From NCBI GenBank assembly GCA_964291655.2, contig OZ219802.1, forward strand, positions 960,001-1,024,000: 64,000 nt of DNA, read 5' to 3'. The notes beneath the pieces were generated by a model. The model was given only the letters and a program-made list of their open reading frames with translations. It made no database searches and was not told where the DNA came from. This stretch comes from Chloroflexota bacterium. GTDB lineage: Bacteria > Chloroflexota > UBA11872 > VXOZ01. Below are positions 59,125-64,000 of this stretch, piece after piece. The translations under genes and the position numbers were made by a program. Numbering within the stretch: position 1 is the stretch's first letter; the number at the start of each line of letters is the position of its first letter.

Positions 59125-60195
59125 TCATGCGTCGGGCGACGCCGGTTCGTCCTGGAGAATCGCCGGCCAGCGATTGACGAACGTGAGCAGCAAGGTCGTG
59201 AGATTGGTGAGAGAGTCAAGGTGTACCAATTCAAAGCCGTGCGTGTTTTCGCACGGGAAGGCCAACGCCGCAATGCGGCCGATTGCCGCTACCTTGCGGG
59301 CTATGGAAGCATTGGTGCCATAGGATTCCAAGGCAGCGTGTTGCACATCTAGTTCGAGTTCCTTGGCCAGAGAGGCAAAGCGCCGCAGGATGCCCTCATC
59401 GTATACGTTGTAGGCGTCTTTATACACCAAGACCGGCGCGCCGCCGGCTTCCAGGCCGTATTCGTCAGCCACCGGGGCAATCTCTAACGCAATGTACGTA
59501 TCTCCCGGCAAGGTACGCGCCGCAAACGGACCGCCGCCGCCGGCGTTTTCTTCCGTGCTAGAGAAGACCAGGTACACGTCTTGCGGCGGCGGACTGCCCG
59601 CAAGCAGTGTGGCGAGAGAAAGGAGAATTGCCACGGCGCCCTTGTCGTCCAGAGCATACGTGCCCACGAAGTCGCCAATGCGTACCGGGTGCTTGCGCTC
59701 GCGCGAGACGACCGCCTTACAGCCGGGATGCACCCCCTGCTCCAAGAGTTCGTCCTTGCTGAGTTTCGCATCCAGGTGGCAATCCGACCATTTGAGCTGC
59801 CGGCCCCCACCTGAGCGCACGGCCTGAATCGGGCTCTCTTCCGTCACGTGCATGGCGCCAAAGCAAAGTACAGCGGGTACCGTGCCGGCGTCCCCCAGAA
59901 TGTCCATGGGGCCCTCACCGTACTTCCAGGGATACGTGCCGCCCAGGGTAGCTACCCGTATCTTGCCGTCGTCTTCAATGCGCTTGATGATCAGGCCAAG
60001 TTCATCTTTATGGGCGTCCAGGATCAACGGGCAGTCGCTGGCCGCGCCCGCAATCTTGGCAATTACGTTATTGGCAGAATCTTGCCAAACGTCGCATGGC
60101 AGAGGATCAAGATGTCTGCGGAGTACAGCGTCTATCTCCCGTTCGTTGCCTACGGGAGAATGGGCTGTCGTCAGTTCTGCGATGAGGTCGAACAT
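59125..60195 (-). CDS. M42 family metallopeptidase
   Basis: SPVGNE, AHKDELG, ALDDKG, FSSTEE, ENTHGFE. Confidence 0.85.
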   Translation of the reverse strand: MFDLIAELTTAHSPVGNEREIDAVLRRHLDPLPCDVWQDSANNVIAKIAGAASDCPLILDAHKDELGLIIKRIEDDGKIRVATLGGTYPWKYGEGPMDILGDAGTVPAVLCFGAMHVTEESPIQAVRSGGGRQLKWSDCHLDAKLSKDELLEQGVHPGCKAVVSRERKHPVRIGDFVGTYALDDKGAVAILLSLATLLAGSPPPQDVYLVFSSTEENAGGGGPFAARTLPGDTYIALEIAPVADEYGLEAGGAPVLVYKDAYNVYDEGILRRFASLAKELELDVQHAALESYGTNASIARKVAAIGRIAALAFPCENTHGFELVHLDSLTNLTTLLLTFVNRWPAILQDEPASPDA

Positions 60196-60355
60196 CAGAC
60201 GTTTCGTCCGTTCTGCGCTACTTTGCCGTGACGTTGGGGCTCGTCCCCCGCCTCTTCCCTACCATGCCGTAGCGCGGGGGCTTGTCCCCCGCCTCTTGGC
60301 GCAACATCATGCCCATACTTGATTCGAGGGCAAACACCATCTCAAGGCAAGGCAC

Positions 60356-60979
60356 TTAGAAGAGTGGCAGTTTTACCGTAATGAAGCGGCGGTGGATGCT
60401 ACCCAGCGCGTGCACGGGGATTCGGTTCTCTGTTCTATCATTCGTTAGCGTGTCGACCACCTTCAAGCTCTGGAGCTTGTGCGTAAACGGGTCCACGCGC
60501 ATCTCATCCCAGTGTCCTACCTTGGCGTAGACATCCCGCACAAACGTGTTTCCATCGAGCTCGGCGTCGGGTACGAATGTATCAGGCAATGCGGCGGCTT
60601 CCGTATCCAGGCTGCCGTCGGCGCGGGTTCGCAGCACCAGCGGGATGCCCGCAATAGAGTCGACGTCGGGATACGCTTCCAAGGATTGGGACAAATCAGC
60701 ATGCGTAAGCGCAAGAGTTATCGCTTTGCCGGAAACGCCGCGTATGAGTGACAGCGGGACCTGCACGCGCACAATGCCTTCGGCAGACGTGGAGGGGGTG
60801 GTTGCCCGCCCCTCCCGCACGGCTTCTATCTCCACCGCCGCCGGCACGATAAGAGCTTGATCGAGGAATAACACGATCGCCTTTACGGTACGCGAAAGTG
60901 GATCGATTGTGATGCCACCGAGCGTGCCAACCGCTTCTCCACCCTCAGCAGAGATCGGTGCGCCGAGCGGTAGATCCAT
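60356..60979 (-). CDS. Hypothetical protein, PRC-barrel-like
   Basis: LGAPISAEGGEAVGTLGGITIDP and a second KVGHWDEMRVDP repeat. Confidence 0.55.
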   Translation of the reverse strand: MDLPLGAPISAEGGEAVGTLGGITIDPLSRTVKAIVLFLDQALIVPAAVEIEAVREGRATTPSTSAEGIVRVQVPLSLIRGVSGKAITLALTHADLSQSLEAYPDVDSIAGIPLVLRTRADGSLDTEAAALPDTFVPDAELDGNTFVRDVYAKVGHWDEMRVDPFTHKLQSLKVVDTLTNDRTENRIPVHALGSIHRRFITVKLPLF

Positions 60980-61025
60980 CAGTCTTCTCCCGTATTTCCG
61001 GCAGTTGCCGCAAGCCGCCAAGTCC

Positions 61026-61239
61026 GTCATTCCGGCGAAAGCCGGAATCTATCTTTGCCACTAGGTTGTTTTGATTGTTTCAACAACCGGTTCGTCATTG
61101 ATCTGAAAACAGGCAACAACCCCGGCCCGTCATTCCCGTGAAAGCGGGAAGCCATCCACTCCGTACGGCGCAGGCTGTCTCAAGCGGGGGGACAAGCCCT
61201 CGCGCTACGCTATAGATTCCTCGCCGCGCTCGGAATGAC
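61026..61239. repeat. Cluster of mixed palindromic repeats
   Basis: Copies at 61026-49, 61129-52, 61184-208 (GTAG-REP, minus strand) and 61214-39. Confidence 0.8.
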
Positions 61240-61370
61240 CTGAATTGTCAACACTTCCTAGCCACACGTCAGATTGAAGCCATTGTAGCGGAATCGGTCC
61301 TGGCTGGCTACCGCTACCCAACTCTAGTGAAACCGGCTGGATTCCCAGGTACGTGCACACGCGCTAAGCG

Positions 61371-61784
61371 TTAGCTCGGCACAGTCAGGATCATGCTGAC
61401 GACAAACCCCACTAACAGTCCCCACCAGCGCCAGTCCGGCGGTTGCCAACTTCCCTCGCTGCGAGTTTCGGTCCATGCAAACGCGGCAAAGTGCGATAGA
61501 CCCATCAGCAAGAGCGCAAGCCACGCCCACCAATAGCCGTCGCGGATGCCCCAATAAGCCAGCCCCCACCACGCCACGCCCATGATGAAGACGTGCAAAG
61601 CAATGTGACGCGAAAACGCGCCCACTTCCGGTACGTCGCTTGCACCCAGCCGGGGCGCCAGACGCTTTCCATAGGGTCCGAAGCCGAGCAACGTCGCTAC
61701 GGTTAGCGCGAAGTGAATGAGCGCTCCCAGCAGGAGAAGGAGCCAGCCGGCGCTAAAGAGACTTAGGTCAAATGACATCTCCAA
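61371..61784 (-). CDS. Hypothetical membrane protein
   Basis: Four hydrophobic, Trp-rich segments. Confidence 0.6.
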   Translation of the reverse strand: MEMSFDLSLFSAGWLLLLLGALIHFALTVATLLGFGPYGKRLAPRLGASDVPEVGAFSRHIALHVFIMGVAWWGLAYWGIRDGYWWAWLALLLMGLSHFAAFAWTETRSEGSWQPPDWRWWGLLVGFVVSMILTVPS

Positions 61785-61955
61785 GAACCCTACATTGTGC
61801 CTTCAATGTGAACGTCACCAGCTATGCCATCAGCAGTTTCCGGAATTTGGCGACGTCGAGTCCGTGATTGAGTATGCGTGACTTCTTGACTTCTGTATGG
61901 CGACTGCTGTCCTCCAAGACTCTCTCACGCATTTCGTCTCCCGCCGACCGCGGTG

Positions 61956-63155
61956 TCAGGATAGGGCGCGCCGCTCGCGCTGGTTCCGGGTTTCCGGTAC
62001 AAACCACGCCAGGTTACTTGCCGCCAGTGCGCCAACGCCCGCCAGGACAATGGCGGCAAGGCCGAGACCGGTAAGGTCCGCCACGGCGCCCACAACGAGC
62101 GGTCCACCGGTATTCCCACCGTCGCCAATTAGCCGCCACATGCCGAGGAATTCACCCATGGCATCGCGCGGCGCAAGATCGCTCCCCAGGGTCATCATTG
62201 TGCCGGAGCCGAGGCCGTTGCCTAAGCCCATGATAGCAGCCGCCGCGAGCAATCCGCCGTACCCTCCGGCCAAGGGCACCATGGCCATGCCCACGCCCAG
62301 GATTATCATAGAAGGAACCGATGCCCACTTGCGCCCCATGCGGTCCTGCAAAAACCCGGCGATGCCAAAGAGGGACATGTCGATCGCAGCGGACACGGTG
62401 ATAATGACGCCGACCGCAGTTGGGTCCAGCCCCAGTACCGTGGCGCCGTAGAGAGGCACGATGATATCGCGTCCGGCGCGGATCATCTGTGCGAGGACTT
62501 GGGCGCTTCCCGCCGACAGCAAGTCACGGCGGTATGTCCCCACGATTTGCGCCATGGTGCGCCAGTGGGGGCGGCGGTGCGCAGCTTCGACCGGCTTACG
62601 CGACTCCGGCACGTACAGGAGCGTGATTACGAAGGCCACTCCGGTCAAAGCCGCCGCCAGCAAGAATGGCGTTTGCAATCCAAGATTCGCTCCCACGAAT
62701 CCGCCAATTGCCGGGCTCGCAAACACGCCGATACGGCTCACACCGCCAAACGCCGAAAGGGCCCGACCCCGCACTTCTACCGGGATGACTTCTGAGATGA
62801 AGGCCATGCGGGAGAGCATCCACATAGCCGCACCGCCCCCGGCGATTAACCGCAGTAGCACAAGCACTTGGAAGTTCTCGATGAGACCCATGAGCGCCAG
62901 GCAAATACATGCCACTCCCACACCCAGCAACATCACCTTGCGGCTCCCCAGGCGTTCCAGCATGACGCCCGACGGGAGATCCATGGCCAGCGTGCCTATG
63001 CCGCGGGCCGCTACCGCCAGGCTTACCAAGCTGAACGACACACCAAAGGTCGTGGCATACAAAGGCAAGGTTGGGATCAAGAGTCCCTGTGTAAATGCCA
63101 GCAGAAAGCTGGGCACGTACACCGGCAGCATGAGCGCAAGGACACGGCGACTCAT
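61956..63155 (-). CDS. MFS transporter
   Basis: About 12 TM segments, GVMLERLGSRK and GFLQDRMGRK (motif A), RGRALS. Confidence 0.9.
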   Translation of the reverse strand: MSRRVLALMLPVYVPSFLLAFTQGLLIPTLPLYATTFGVSFSLVSLAVAARGIGTLAMDLPSGVMLERLGSRKVMLLGVGVACICLALMGLIENFQVLVLLRLIAGGGAAMWMLSRMAFISEVIPVEVRGRALSAFGGVSRIGVFASPAIGGFVGANLGLQTPFLLAAALTGVAFVITLLYVPESRKPVEAAHRRPHWRTMAQIVGTYRRDLLSAGSAQVLAQMIRAGRDIIVPLYGATVLGLDPTAVGVIITVSAAIDMSLFGIAGFLQDRMGRKWASVPSMIILGVGMAMVPLAGGYGGLLAAAAIMGLGNGLGSGTMMTLGSDLAPRDAMGEFLGMWRLIGDGGNTGGPLVVGAVADLTGLGLAAIVLAGVGALAASNLAWFVPETRNQRERRALS

Positions 63156-63480
63156 GAGTGGCAATAAGAAGGAATCGCCGCGACAAGGTGGCAGCAACTA
63201 CCTTTAACGAGTACAAGAGCAGGCAGAAGTCGGTCTATGCTACCGGCCCTGCCTGCCGCACTCAAGACGTGCGATGGGAGGGGGCCTACAGAAGAGTTCG
63301 TCAGCATCGCTCAGCAAGGGGCTCGTCGCTATCGCCACACAACGCACCGGCGCACTTACTATAGCACATGCCTCCCTGCCAGCAGCCTGCATTGCCTCGT
63401 TATGTCTTAGGTATCCGCACGTCATGGCAGCGAGGCAACTGCCCGGGTTAAGCACGCGCGCATCTATTGACTTAGCGAGC

Positions 63481-63509
63481 TTGCATAGATACGAGCAGTC
63501 TCGTATACT
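63481..63509 (+). promoter_or_regulatory. Putative sigma70 promoter
   Basis: TTGCAT-17-TATACT about 145 bp upstream of the zinc-ribbon gene. Confidence 0.55.
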
Positions 63510-63655
63510 TGGGCAATCATTTCATGTCATGCGTATGGTGTGATTGCTTGAGAGATGAGCGAAAGTGGTGCTGCAAATGCAGTTGACCGTTACCACACGA
63601 TTTGGCCTGAAGCGAGACGAAGCGCGGTGAGACCCAACGCAAGGAGAAGATCACA

Positions 63656-63934
63656 GTGTCACCCGAGGATCGCACGATAGTTTGCGCGGAGTGCAGCCAG
63701 TCGTTCGTGTTTACTGCTGGCGAACAGGAATTCTATCAAGAAAAAGGCCTCATGCACGAACCGCGCCGCTGTCAGGATTGCCGCAACTCACGGCGTCGGG
63801 AACGCCAAGGTGAGCGTCAGATGCATGAAGGAGTGTGCGCAGAGTGCGGTACCGTCGCACGCGTGCCTTTTGTGCCGAGAGACGACCGACCCATCTACTG
63901 CAGCGACTGTTTCACAAACCGCCGCGACAATTAG
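63656..63934 (+). CDS. Double zinc-ribbon protein (zf-trcl plus CxxC-x17-CxxC)
   Basis: DRTIVCAECSQSFVFTAGEQEFY..PRRCQDCR, CAECG..VPFVP..PIYCSDCF. AAGGAG SD, GTG start. Confidence 0.88.
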   Translation: MSPEDRTIVCAECSQSFVFTAGEQEFYQEKGLMHEPRRCQDCRNSRRRERQGERQMHEGVCAECGTVARVPFVPRDDRPIYCSDCFTNRRDN

Positions 63935-64000
63935 CAGAACCTGGGGTTTCGTCGGCTGTATGCGAAGAGTTGGATCACTGACACTGTGATTCCTTAGCCA

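Noticed and set aside
1-64000. tRNA, rRNA or prophage genes
   Set aside because: No cloverleaf or T-loop signatures, rRNA motifs or phage structural genes were recognised by eye. A tRNAscan or Rfam run would be needed to exclude them fully.

Overview
GC-rich bacterial chromosomal segment. Gene content suggests Chloroflexota, but this is inference. Housekeeping genes are topA (partial), nrdJ with a consensus promoter and NrdR-like boxes, nfo, tsaC, proA, dcd and mutS. Catabolic genes include two DegT-type aminotransferases, an IlvD/Edd dehydratase, a sulfatase, amidohydrolases, TIM-barrel isomerases and a ProVWX ABC transporter. The main accessory block (about 19.5-23.3 kb) holds an AT-richer UG/Abi (DRT-like) reverse transcriptase behind a 410-bp gene-free leader with many complementary stems (candidate ncRNA). 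It is followed by a decayed, partly duplicated REP-associated tyrosine transposase and a Phd-VapC toxin-antitoxin pair. Two probable selenoprotein genes are not recovered intact by the ORF track: an OsmC-like gene and a SelW/Rdx gene, each with an in-frame UGA at a catalytic Cys position and a SECIS-like hairpin. Several palindromic repeat families are dispersed through the window, and an IS481 and an IS1182 element have each inserted into the loop of the same hairpin family. Also notable are a polarized 22-bp tandem array and a double-AAA/VWA/degenerate-CPBP operon. All family calls come from motif recognition by eye, with no database searches.
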